Positions 28,294-37,187 are shown, counted from the stretch's first letter. The stretch is DNA of 64,000 nucleotides from Clostridia bacterium (GCA_017938205.1 JAGBCA010000058.1:53564-117563); one strand, 5' to 3'. The notes: generated from the letters alone by a model not told the origin. Made by a program: numbers and translations.

Positions 28294-28920
28294 ATGAAGG
28301 ATCCTTATTCTATCTTAGGCGTCAATCACGACGCGAGCGATGACGAGGTAAAGGAAGCGTATCGCAACCTCGTCAGAAAATACCATCCCGACAACTATGC
28401 CGACGATAACCCCCTGAAGGATCTTGCGAACGAGAAGATGCAGGAGGTCAACGAGGCATACGATGCCATCGTGAAGATGCGCGAGGACGAAAAGAACGGC
28501 GCGACCAACAACGGTGCGGGCTATCAGAGCTCCTCGTATCAATCCGATCCCCGCTACGGCGAGATCCGCCGCCTGCTCAATGCACGCCGCTTTGCCGAGG
28601 CCGAAAGAAAGCTCTCGGAGTTTTCGGAATACGATTGCGGCGCAGAATGGCATTATCTCAAGAGCGTGGTCCTCATGCAAAGAGGCCTCGTGAACGATGC
28701 GATGCGCGAGCTGGAAACCGCCTGCATGATGGATCCCTCCAACCTTGAATATCAGAAGGCAAAGCAGATGTTCAACGGCCAGGCCAGGGGCTACGGAAGC
28801 ACCTACTACGGCAATATGAACAGCCGCCGCTCCAGCGACGCCTGCGATTGCTGCGCCAACCTCATCTGCCTGGACTGCTGTTGCGAGTGCATGGGCGGCG
28901 ACCTTATTCCCTGCTTATGA
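28294..28920 (+). CDS. J-domain protein with TPR-like middle region and cysteine-rich C-terminal tail
   Basis: 208 aa. DPYSILGV...HPD J-domain. The last 25 aa (CDCCANLICLDCCCECMGGDLIPCL) contain 9 Cys. Confidence 0.85.
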   Translation: MKDPYSILGVNHDASDDEVKEAYRNLVRKYHPDNYADDNPLKDLANEKMQEVNEAYDAIVKMREDEKNGATNNGAGYQSSSYQSDPRYGEIRRLLNARRFAEAERKLSEFSEYDCGAEWHYLKSVVLMQRGLVNDAMRELETACMMDPSNLEYQKAKQMFNGQARGYGSTYYGNMNSRRSSDACDCCANLICLDCCCECMGGDLIPCL

Positions 28921-29480
28921 GATCCACAAAAAAAGTCACGCTCAGTGCCATGATGTGCGCGCTTTCGGTCGTCGTTCTGACGCTCGGCGCGGTTTTCGAG
29001 GCATTTGATCTGACGGCGGCGGCGCTCGCCTCCATCTGCATTACCTTTATCAATATTGAGATCGGCGCGCCCTATACCTTTATTGCATGGATCTGCACCA
29101 CGCTTCTCTCCTTTCTTTTCTTTCCGCAGAGCATGCTTTGGATCGAGTATCTGCTTCTCTTCGGGCTTTATCCCGTCCTGAAGGGATATATCGAAAAGCT
29201 GCCGCGGCTTGCGTGGTGGCCGATCAAGCTCCCGCTTTATAATCTCTGCCTTTTTCTCATGGCGGAGGGCATGGGCTTTATTCTCGGCGTGGATTTCTTT
29301 GGTATTGAAGGAGATTGGAGAAACATTTTCAGCATGGGAGCACAGATATGGTGGGAAAGCCCGCTGATCCTACTCATCATTGCCAATATAGCCTTTGTGG
29401 CGTACGATCTTTTCTTAACCATGGCAACGCGCGTATATATGCTGAAATACAGACCGCGCCTGCAAAAATACTTGAAATAA
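28917..29480 (+). CDS. integral membrane protein (ECF S-component-like N-terminus)
   Basis: 187 aa from ATG 28917. ATGA overlap with the J-protein stop. 5-6 hydrophobic helices. Confidence 0.6.
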   Translation: MRSTKKVTLSAMMCALSVVVLTLGAVFEAFDLTAAALASICITFINIEIGAPYTFIAWICTTLLSFLFFPQSMLWIEYLLLFGLYPVLKGYIEKLPRLAWWPIKLPLYNLCLFLMAEGMGFILGVDFFGIEGDWRNIFSMGAQIWWESPLILLIIANIAFVAYDLFLTMATRVYMLKYRPRLQKYLK

Positions 29481-29492
29481 ACGGATGATATT

Positions 29493-30821
29493 ATGACGAA
29501 AGTTGGATTCGTGTCTCTCGGATGCTCAAAAAATCTGACGGACACCGAGGTGATGCTCCGCAAGCTCCACGATGCGGGCTACGAGATCACCCCCGATGAG
29601 AGCGAGGCGGAGATCATCGTTGTCAACACCTGCGGCTTTATCGAAAGCGCAAAGCAGGAATCGATCGACAATATTTTGGATGTTGCCTGGCTCAAAAAGA
29701 ACGGAAAATGTAAACATATCATTGCAACAGGCTGCCTCGTTGAGCGTTATCGCGAGGAAGTGATGCAGGAAATGCCCGAGGTGGATGCGCTGATCGGCGT
29801 TGGCAGCCTTGTAGACATCGTGGATGCCTGCAGGGCGGTGGAGCGGGGAGAAAAATATACCTCCTTTAGGGATAAGAACACCTCTTCTCTGAACGAAGAG
29901 CGCCTGCTCACCACACCAGAGCACACGGCATACTTAAAGATCGCCGAGGGCTGCGATAACCTCTGCACCTACTGTGCGATCCCCTCCATTCGCGGAAAAT
30001 TCCGCAGCCGCAGGATCGAGGACATCGTGAAGGAAGCCAAGGAGCTTGAAGCGATCGGCGTCAAGGAAGTGAACCTCATTGCGCAGGATACCACGCGCTA
30101 CGGCCTGGATATCTACGGCGAATACAGCCTTGCGCGCCTCGTTCGCGCGCTGACGGAGGAAACGAATATTCCCTGGATCCGCCTGCTCTATTGCTATCCC
30201 GATAAGATCACGGACGAGCTGATAAGCGAGCTGCGTGACAATCCGCGCCTCGTGAAATACATGGATATTCCCATTCAGCATATTTCGGACAAGATCCTTC
30301 GCGCCATGAACCGCCACGGCGGCACGGCGCTGATCAAGGAAACCGTGAAAAAGCTGCGCCGCGAGGTTCCGGGCATCATCCTGCGCACAACGGCCATGGT
30401 CGGCTTCCCCGGCGAGGATGAAGGGGACTTTGAGGAGCTTTGCCTCTTCGTGAAGGAGGCGCGCTTTGACCGCTTCGGTGCATTTACCTTCTCTCCCGAG
30501 GAGGGAACGCCCGCCGCGCTGATGGAGGATCAGATCGATGAGCAGATCAAGCAGGATCGTTACGATATCCTGATGCAGACCCAGCTTACCATCACCGAGG
30601 AGCAAAATGAAGAAAAGATCGGGCAGGTGCTTGAGGTCCTCTGCGAGGGCTTTGACACCGTGGCAGAGATCCACTTTGGCCGCAGTGCCGCCGATGCCCC
30701 CGACGTGGACGGAAAGGTGTATTTCACCGCAAAAAAACGAGTGCCGCAGGGCCGCTTTATCAAGGTTGCGATCACCGAGGCGCTGGACTATGATCTCGTT
30801 GGCAAGGCCATCGAGGAATAA
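29493..30821 (+). CDS. rimO: ribosomal protein S12 methylthiotransferase
   Basis: 442 aa. MTTase N-terminal domain, radical-SAM CDNLCTYC motif, and a TRAM domain. Confidence 0.9.
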   Translation: MTKVGFVSLGCSKNLTDTEVMLRKLHDAGYEITPDESEAEIIVVNTCGFIESAKQESIDNILDVAWLKKNGKCKHIIATGCLVERYREEVMQEMPEVDALIGVGSLVDIVDACRAVERGEKYTSFRDKNTSSLNEERLLTTPEHTAYLKIAEGCDNLCTYCAIPSIRGKFRSRRIEDIVKEAKELEAIGVKEVNLIAQDTTRYGLDIYGEYSLARLVRALTEETNIPWIRLLYCYPDKITDELISELRDNPRLVKYMDIPIQHISDKILRAMNRHGGTALIKETVKKLRREVPGIILRTTAMVGFPGEDEGDFEELCLFVKEARFDRFGAFTFSPEEGTPAALMEDQIDEQIKQDRYDILMQTQLTITEEQNEEKIGQVLEVLCEGFDTVAEIHFGRSAADAPDVDGKVYFTAKKRVPQGRFIKVAITEALDYDLVGKAIEE

Positions 30822-30832
30822 AGGAGAAAACG

Positions 30833-31435
30833 ATGAAAAAGTCTTCTATGAATCTTCCGAATACGCTTTCGCTTTTGCGCTGTGCGTTGGTTCCCGTTTT
30901 TGTTCTCACCCTGTTTTTGATGCACGATATTCCCGTTTGGGGTCGCGTGATCCCCGCGATCGTATACCTCGTCACGGGACTCACGGATATGCTGGACGGC
31001 AAGATCGCAAGAAAATATAACCTCGTAACGGATTTCGGCAAATTTATCGATCCCTTGGCCGACAAATTTATGGTGCTCGGCTCGCTGATCTCCATTCTCG
31101 CCTTGATCCTCATCGAGGGCGAGATCACGATGGGGCTGATCTTTACCGCCGTTGTACTCATCCTGCTTTTGCGCGAGCTTGGCGTAACGAGCCTGCGCCT
31201 CGTGGTTGCGGGAAAGAGCGGCATCGTGGTGGCAGCAAGTATGTTCGGCAAGCTGAAAACCGTCTCACAGATGGTTGGTACGCTGATCATTCTCCTTGAG
31301 CCCGTTGTGTTCCCCTTCTGTGCGGAGAACCATATCGCCGCTTACATAGCAATGGGCGTGATGGTGATCACCACGGTAGCTTCGGGACTTGATTATATGA
31401 AGGCATATATGCCCTATATTGATACCAATAGTTGA
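30833..31435 (+). CDS. pgsA: CDP-diacylglycerol--glycerol-3-phosphate 3-phosphatidyltransferase
   Basis: 200 aa with the CDP-alcohol phosphatidyltransferase motif DMLDGKIARKYNLVTDFGKFIDPLADK. Confidence 0.9.
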   Translation: MKKSSMNLPNTLSLLRCALVPVFVLTLFLMHDIPVWGRVIPAIVYLVTGLTDMLDGKIARKYNLVTDFGKFIDPLADKFMVLGSLISILALILIEGEITMGLIFTAVVLILLLRELGVTSLRLVVAGKSGIVVAASMFGKLKTVSQMVGTLIILLEPVVFPFCAENHIAAYIAMGVMVITTVASGLDYMKAYMPYIDTNS

Positions 31436-31442
31436 TGAAAAA

Positions 31443-31517
31443 CGGTGTATTTCGGTATAACCGTGAATGGAATATTTTAAAGGAGGAATCTATCGGTTCC
31501 TCCTTTTTGCTTTGCGC
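31443..31517 (+). repeat. 75-bp direct repeat, copy 1 (contains the pgsA terminator hairpin)
   Basis: Near-identical to 31718-31793. The hairpin ggaggaatc / ggttcctcc is followed by T5 (31482-31508). Confidence 0.85.
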
Positions 31518-31717
31518 TTTTATGTTTTTAAGGTTGGAAAACTCCGTTTTCCTCCATTCTTTTTAGATTCCATTCACTTTTTCCGTTTTCCCCCTCTCGG
31601 TGTATCTATATACACCTTCGGGTGGAAGAACGAAAAATTCTATCCAAAATCCCCTCGTTTTTGTTGCACTGCCTCGCTTTGGCCTCGACAACAGACCTTG
31701 CCGAATTTTTCCAACCG

Positions 31718-31793
31718 CGGTGTATTTCGGTATAACCGTGAATGGAATATTTAAAGGAGGAATCCATCGATTCCTCCTTTTTGGCTTTTACGC
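31718..31793 (+). repeat. 75-bp direct repeat, copy 2 (second terminator hairpin)
   Basis: Same sequence as copy 1 apart from a few mismatches and one indel. The hairpin ggaggaatc / gattcctcc is followed by T5. Confidence 0.85.
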
Positions 31794-31818
31794 TGTTTAA
31801 TCATCATTCAACACGCTT

Positions 31819-32154
31819 TTATCTTCTAATTAAATCTTTTACTAATATAGAAATTGTTTCCAACTGCTGATCATTCAGCTTTTTCATATCCTTAATGATA
31901 GAATCTAATTTTGACGGATTGGAGGATTCCATATCGAAAAACTCGCTCGGTGTTACACCCAAATATTCACAGATAAAGAAGATGCCATCCAGAGAAGGCT
32001 TGGCTTTTCCTGTTTCAATATTATTTATATATCCCGGATTTTGTCCGATGGATAAACTCATATCACGCGCAGAAACACCTTTTTTCTCTCTTAACCGTGC
32101 CAATCTTATTGCAAAATCCTTCTCGTCCATATTCTCAAATCCTTGACCTTTCAT
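31819..32154 (-). CDS. XRE family HTH transcriptional regulator
   Basis: 111 aa with an HTH_3-like segment (KKGVSARDMSLSIGQNPGYINNIETGK). ATGA overlap with the upstream XRE gene. AT-richer than its surroundings. Confidence 0.8.
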   Translation of the reverse strand: MKGQGFENMDEKDFAIRLARLREKKGVSARDMSLSIGQNPGYINNIETGKAKPSLDGIFFICEYLGVTPSEFFDMESSNPSKLDSIIKDMKKLNDQQLETISILVKDLIRR

Positions 32155-32363
32155 TTAAGAGGCTCTTCCGGAATATATTCCATTATATCTTCAACATTGC
32201 AATCCAATGCTTCGCAAAGCTTATTCAGTGTTTTGCTTTCGATATTTTCATTTGCCTTCAATCTGCGAATGGTTTTGCTGTCAATACCACAGCTCTCGCG
32301 CAGCCGATACGTGCTAAATCCTTTTTTCTCCATTGTTTTCCAAAGTCTATCAAAAATTATCAT
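32151..32363 (-). CDS. XRE/Cro-like HTH transcriptional regulator
   Basis: 70 aa (KKGFSTYRLRESCGIDSKTIRRLKANE). GGAGG RBS. Confidence 0.8.
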   Translation of the reverse strand: MIIFDRLWKTMEKKGFSTYRLRESCGIDSKTIRRLKANENIESKTLNKLCEALDCNVEDIMEYIPEEPLK

Positions 32364-32380
32364 TTTTTACAACCTCCATA

Positions 32381-32439
32381 TTGACATTTATTATTATGGG
32401 GGTTATAATCTTATTTATTAAGGGGATATAATCCCCATA
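32381..32439 (+). promoter_or_regulatory. consensus promoter with inverted-repeat operators upstream of the SLOG gene
   Basis: TTGACA (32381-32386), 17-nt spacer, TATAAT (32404-32409). Half-sites tatgggggttataatc (32395-32410) and gatataatccccata (32425-32439) are inverted copies of each other. Confidence 0.6.
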
Positions 32440-32454
32440 TGGAAGAAGAATAAT

Positions 32455-32910
32455 ATGAAAATTTACAGAGTAGCCTTATTCGGACACAGAGATTTAGATG
32501 CGCACGAATTGGTAGAACGACGGTTATATCCAATTGTAAAAGAGCTGATCCAAACCAAGCCCTACGTAGAATTTTTCATCGGACGCGACGGTGAATTTGA
32601 TACATTTGTTGCTTCCGTTATCAAACGAGCACAAAGGGCTTTCGGAAAAGAAAACAACGAATTGATCCTCGTTCTTCCCTATCCAAAAAAAGATCAAGAG
32701 TTTTATGAGCAATATTACGATGCTGTGATGATCCCCGACTGCTTAGCAAATACACATCCCAAACAAGCCATCAGCAAACGCAATCGCTGGATGATTGAGC
32801 AATGTAATCTCTTGATTTGCTTTACAGAACACGAGAGCGGCGGTGCATATACTGCACTTTCATACGCTCGAAAGCTCAAAAAACGCATCGTGAATTTAGC
32901 ACAAAAATAA
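32455..32910 (+). CDS. SLOG-domain protein, DUF1273/YpsA-like
   Basis: 151 aa. The pattern aligns by eye with B. subtilis YpsA (ALFGHR..., GRDGEFDTFVA, KRNRWMIEQCNLLICF...GG). Confidence 0.6.
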   Translation: MKIYRVALFGHRDLDAHELVERRLYPIVKELIQTKPYVEFFIGRDGEFDTFVASVIKRAQRAFGKENNELILVLPYPKKDQEFYEQYYDAVMIPDCLANTHPKQAISKRNRWMIEQCNLLICFTEHESGGAYTALSYARKLKKRIVNLAQK

Positions 32911-33040
32911 AGTATATAAATTCATTTACCTAAAGAATCCCCCCTTCTTTCCATGATTTTCAAATTGCGGTCATACGCATAAAAGCACCGCCGATCCGAA
33001 AAAATAAAAGTGAGATCCTTTTTGGAAAGGAGGATAAAAA

Positions 33041-33235
33041 ATGAAGGAAAGAAAACGCGAGGACGAACCGATCGAGGAGTTTCCCTCCGTAAACCTGCCG
33101 CACGTTGACGTGCCGGTCGGCGATCCTCCCGTACCCAATCGCGCACACACGGAAATGAGACTTGCCACCGAGCTCGACACCCTGAGCGAGATCGAAAAAG
33201 CGCAGTTATATTTTAAGAAAACATCCTTGGAATAG
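33041..33235 (+). CDS. small acidic hypothetical protein
   Basis: 64 aa. Strong RBS (AAAGGAGG), and a strong terminator follows. No motif recognised. Confidence 0.5.
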   Translation: MKERKREDEPIEEFPSVNLPHVDVPVGDPPVPNRAHTEMRLATELDTLSEIEKAQLYFKKTSLE

Positions 33236-33271
33236 GGGCTGTCACCTTAATAATTCAATAACCCGGCATAT

Positions 33272-33312
33272 TAAAAAGTGGAGATGCGTTTTTTCATCTC
33301 CACTTGTCTTTT
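33272..33312. terminator. bidirectional terminator
   Basis: agtggagatg (33277-33286) pairs with catctccact (33295-33304). An A-run and a T-run flank the stem. Confidence 0.8.
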
Positions 33313-33347
33313 ATACTTTGTAGCCTCACATGAAGCGGTCTCTTTCT

Positions 33348-35111
33348 TTAAACCGTGCTTTTCTGCTTTCCGTGGATCATTTTGAGCAGGACGGATTTAT
33401 AAGCGGCGCGCATATCATGGTAGCCCTGCGATGCGGCAACACGATAGGTCTCGTATGCAAGATCCCGATCCATCTTCACGCCGATGCCAAACTCATAAAA
33501 GCAGCCGAGCGTGTAGGTCGCTTTGGCATAGCCAAGCTCGGAGGCGCGCTCCATGATGCTCCTCGCCGCCTCGCATTTTCCTCTATGGAGCAAGCGCATA
33601 CCCATCGAATAAAGCGAGCGCAAAAGCTTTTGACCGCGGCGATCCAGCATAGCGAAGAGATCCACTCTTGCCTCCTCGATACCCGCCGATGCCGCACGGC
33701 GCAAATATGCGTGCGCGGCCTTGAAATTACGGTTCACACCGATGCCGTGCAAATAACAGCGGCCAACGCGGTATTCCGCCATGGCATCCTTTTCCTTGGC
33801 GGCACGCTCGTACCAAAGGAAGGCGCGGCGGCGATCCCGGCTTACGCCCAAGCCCTCCTCATAGCAAAAGCCGAGCGCAACGGAGGCAGGCGTATAGCCC
33901 ATAGAGGCCGAAAGCGCAAAGGCGCGGTATGCATCCTCGGCATCCGTGGCAAGCGCGCTCTTTCCGCGCATATACAGCGTTTCCCTCTTTTCTTCGATGG
34001 CGTGCGCCTTCTCTGCGCCCTCTCGCGAGCCAAGCGCAAGCGCTTCCTTATAAAGCTGATATGCATACGGAACGTTTGGTGCCTTATCTGCCGAGGCATA
34101 CAGATCCCCGAGGCGAACACAGGCCTCGGCCGAGCCAAGTGCCTTGGCGGCATTGTAGCAGGCGGCGGCCTCCACGCGGGAGGGCGACAGACCATCCCCC
34201 GTGCGATACAGATCACCGAGCAAGAGATAGGCGGCCGCATTGCCTCTTTTGCCGTAATACGCGAGCGCCTCCTTGCCCTTCGCGGGATCGGGCGTGCCGA
34301 GATAGCCGCGGATATAGATCTCGCCCAGGCGGCATTGCGCCTGTGCATCACCGCGCGTAGCGAGCATCTGACAAAGGCTCAGATATATTTTCTTATACCC
34401 CATTTTTTCCGCGCGGCCAAGCAGCTGCGAGATCAAGGAGGAGAGATGCGGCACCGTGGGTGCAGGTGGCTCCTTGGCAGAGGTTTTACGCAAGCGAAAG
34501 GCCATCGGCCATGCGTGCGGCGGCAACACCCCTGCACGCGAAAGATACCATTTCGCAAGGGATTCATCCTTTGCAACACCCCGTCCGCTTTCATAGCGGC
34601 GAGCAAGCGCAAGCGCGGCACTGCGGCTGTCGCAAGCGGCGGCAAGCGCAAGATACGCGATACCCGCTTCATTGTTTCCCGTCTCAAAAAAGATGGGTGC
34701 GGCGGCCTCATACGCCTCGGCATAGCCGAGCAGAGCGGAATAAAGAAGGAAAAAACGCCCCTCGTCCTTTCCCTGCTTCTCAAGTGCCTTGCCATAAAGA
34801 TACGCGCCCTTGGCATCCCCCTCATGTGCGGCAAACGAAAGATATTCCATAGCGGCGGTGGGATTTTCGGCGGCACCGTCACCCTCGTACAGCATATAGC
34901 CGTAAGCGGCGGCCGCGGCAGGCTGCCCTGCATCGGCTAAAATGTGCGTGAGCTCCATGGCAGTTTCATGCGCGCCCTGCACGATCGCGGTGCGGCGATC
35001 CTCCTCCATGCGCGAAATGTCCTCCACGGAAAGCGAAAACTCGGCCTTGCACCTCGGGCATTTGCGCCCCTCGTACACGCCCTCGTATCCACAGCTTTTA
35101 CATAAAATCAT
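33348..35111 (-). CDS. Sel1/TPR-repeat protein with N-terminal zinc ribbon
   Basis: 587 aa from ATG 35111. CKSCGYEGVYEGRKCPRCK zinc ribbon, then more than 10 Sel1-like repeats (A..WY.KAA..G...A...LG.CY). Confidence 0.8.
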   Translation of the reverse strand: MILCKSCGYEGVYEGRKCPRCKAEFSLSVEDISRMEEDRRTAIVQGAHETAMELTHILADAGQPAAAAAYGYMLYEGDGAAENPTAAMEYLSFAAHEGDAKGAYLYGKALEKQGKDEGRFFLLYSALLGYAEAYEAAAPIFFETGNNEAGIAYLALAAACDSRSAALALARRYESGRGVAKDESLAKWYLSRAGVLPPHAWPMAFRLRKTSAKEPPAPTVPHLSSLISQLLGRAEKMGYKKIYLSLCQMLATRGDAQAQCRLGEIYIRGYLGTPDPAKGKEALAYYGKRGNAAAYLLLGDLYRTGDGLSPSRVEAAACYNAAKALGSAEACVRLGDLYASADKAPNVPYAYQLYKEALALGSREGAEKAHAIEEKRETLYMRGKSALATDAEDAYRAFALSASMGYTPASVALGFCYEEGLGVSRDRRRAFLWYERAAKEKDAMAEYRVGRCYLHGIGVNRNFKAAHAYLRRAASAGIEEARVDLFAMLDRRGQKLLRSLYSMGMRLLHRGKCEAARSIMERASELGYAKATYTLGCFYEFGIGVKMDRDLAYETYRVAASQGYHDMRAAYKSVLLKMIHGKQKSTV

Positions 35112-35191
35112 AGGCTTCTCCAAAGACTTACATATTTTTTTGAAAATCGGAAAAACTAAGAGCGGAATAAAACGCCCGAAAGGAATCCGAT

Positions 35192-35389
35192 ATGTTGTTT
35201 GCAAAAAGAGAAAGAAAAAGACGGCATCCCTTATTTGCCCTGACCGTGACGGCCTTAGCCGCCGTCGGACTGTGCGGACTATTCTCCGCTTCTAAGAATA
35301 TGATAACGGAAAAATGCGAAAAAATCAAGTATTTTTTCTGTAAAAAAAAGAAAAATAATGCCTGCACCTGCGCAGAAGATCAAAACTGA
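35192..35389 (+). CDS. possible small membrane protein
   Basis: 65 aa. Basic N-terminus followed by one hydrophobic helix. Weak RBS. Its own terminator lies at 35396-35418. Confidence 0.35.
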   Translation: MLFAKRERKRRHPLFALTVTALAAVGLCGLFSASKNMITEKCEKIKYFFCKKKKNNACTCAEDQN

Positions 35390-35433
35390 GAAAAAGGCGC
35401 AAAGGATTTGCGTTTTTCCCGACAAAGCAGATA

Positions 35434-35482
35434 AGAAAAACCACTTGCCTCCAAAGAAATGGAACAAGTGGTTTCTTTTTTT
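35434..35482. terminator. bidirectional terminator after the trigger-factor-like gene
   Basis: aaaccacttg (35438-35447) pairs with caagtggttt (35465-35474). An A-run and a T-run flank the stem. Confidence 0.7.
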
Positions 35483-35487
35483 AGCGC

Positions 35488-37176
35488 TTACGTATGCCCG
35501 CGCCCTACGTATTTGATCTTTGCCAATGCAAGCAGCTTCGGGAAGGAATGATTATAATATCCGCTCTCCAGAAGGTATTCCTCGCCCAGCGTTTCTCTCA
35601 ACGCCTCGCGGGTGGTATTCAGCTCTGAAATGTATTCGTCATAGGCGGCCTTTTTCTCCTCCGGATCGGTCTTTCCCTCATAATAGCTTTCATCCAAGAG
35701 GCAATTTTCCTTTGCAAGATCCTCAAGGATCTTCTCGGACGCCTCCCGAAGCTCCGTTTCGGAGGGCTCTACGCCGAGAAGCTGAATCGCATAGAAGAAG
35801 ATCATCTTCTCGCCTGCCGTTTGCTCTGCATTCTCCTTTACGCGATCCTTATAGCTTTCACCGTCTGCCAGCTGAAAATAATCCTTAGTAAAGGTAGCGA
35901 AGGGATAGATCTTTTCCGTGTATCCCGTATTTGCAAGGTAATCCCGATAGGTCTGTTCAAGGCTATCCATATATTCGTCGTAGATCTCAAGCATGGCGGC
36001 GCGCGGCACGCGCTTCACCTCTGCCACCGAGACGATCTTTTCCCAGAAGCTTTCCTCCGAGGCCTCCCAAAGGCGCGCCTGATAATCCTCCTCCAGGATC
36101 TCTCTCACATACGACTTATACTTTTCCACAAGGCTGCTTCCCTCATAGTCCGCAAGCTTTTCGGGAAGAACGCCGACCGTATCGGTCAAAAACGCATCGG
36201 TAAGCGCGGGAAGCTCGTGGGAGGTGGTATCCTTGATATAAACCTCGAAATACGCAGTCTTTCCGTTGAGATTCTCTTCCCCGTAATTCATCGGGAAATA
36301 GCATTCCACGGTATGCGCCCTGCCGCCCTCGGTTTTATAGATCGGGCAGATATTGGTGTAAACAAAGCTGCCCTGTGCGCCCTCCATCGTCATCGTGTCG
36401 GAGCAAAGTCTGCTGTTCAGCTCTGCGCCGAGAAGAAGCTCGTAAAAGCCCTCGCCGTATTCCTCATCCAGCGCAGGGGTGAGCACAAGGCGCTGACCGT
36501 ACAGATTCATTCCCTTCCCGTTCGGATGGAAGCCCGCGATATTCACGTACACCGTGTCGCCCTCGGAAAGCGTTCCCTCGGTGATCACGGTGGGGATCTC
36601 GGTATCCGAGGGACGGAGGCCGACCATGCCGGACTCAAAGCCCGGGATGAAGCCTGCCGAGCCGATCACCAGCTCATAGGGATCATCCTGCGCGGCACTC
36701 GAAAGATTGGAGCCGCCGGAAAAATATTCTTTTCCGCCGTCCGTGCCGAGAAGATACCCCGAATAATAAAAGCTGACAACGCTGCCGTTTTGGATCACAG
36801 CATCGGGATCGGATTCTCCGGGCGCGAGCGTTTTATACTCCACGAGAAGTGCGGTGATCTCTCTCTCCACATCCTCCTCCGTTGGCTTATCCACGCGCAC
36901 GGTCATGGAAATATTTCTTACATCCTCGGCAGAAAGGGTAACGTATTTGGAAAGATCCGCTTCTATATAATTAAAATCGCGCCCGTAGCCTAAAAGCGCA
37001 CGGATGCCGAAGAAGCCGCCGACCAACGCGCCGAGCGACACTGCGCCGAGCAGAACAAAAAGAACGATGCGGCGGCCGCGAGAAAGCTTTTGCTTTCCGC
37101 TTTTCTTCACCGCCCCTGCGGGAACGGCCGCGCTCCCTTGTGCAGAGCGGGCTTTTGATTTATTTTTCTTCTTCAT
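35488..37176 (-). CDS. membrane-anchored trigger-factor-like FKBP-type PPIase
   Basis: 562 aa from ATG 37176. Basic N-terminus and one TM helix. IGSAGFIPGFESGMVG matches the trigger-factor PPIase signature. TF-like C-terminal region. Confidence 0.7.
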   Translation of the reverse strand: MKKKNKSKARSAQGSAAVPAGAVKKSGKQKLSRGRRIVLFVLLGAVSLGALVGGFFGIRALLGYGRDFNYIEADLSKYVTLSAEDVRNISMTVRVDKPTEEDVEREITALLVEYKTLAPGESDPDAVIQNGSVVSFYYSGYLLGTDGGKEYFSGGSNLSSAAQDDPYELVIGSAGFIPGFESGMVGLRPSDTEIPTVITEGTLSEGDTVYVNIAGFHPNGKGMNLYGQRLVLTPALDEEYGEGFYELLLGAELNSRLCSDTMTMEGAQGSFVYTNICPIYKTEGGRAHTVECYFPMNYGEENLNGKTAYFEVYIKDTTSHELPALTDAFLTDTVGVLPEKLADYEGSSLVEKYKSYVREILEEDYQARLWEASEESFWEKIVSVAEVKRVPRAAMLEIYDEYMDSLEQTYRDYLANTGYTEKIYPFATFTKDYFQLADGESYKDRVKENAEQTAGEKMIFFYAIQLLGVEPSETELREASEKILEDLAKENCLLDESYYEGKTDPEEKKAAYDEYISELNTTREALRETLGEEYLLESGYYNHSFPKLLALAKIKYVGRGHT

Positions 37177-37187
37177 ATTCTCCCCTC

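Noticed and set aside
31594-31603. The 10-mer ctctcggtgt plus a following short hairpin is shared with the leader of the ABC-2 operon (47682-47691).
   Set aside because: A 10-nt identity between two sites in 128 kb of two-strand sequence is well within chance. The flanking sequences do not align.
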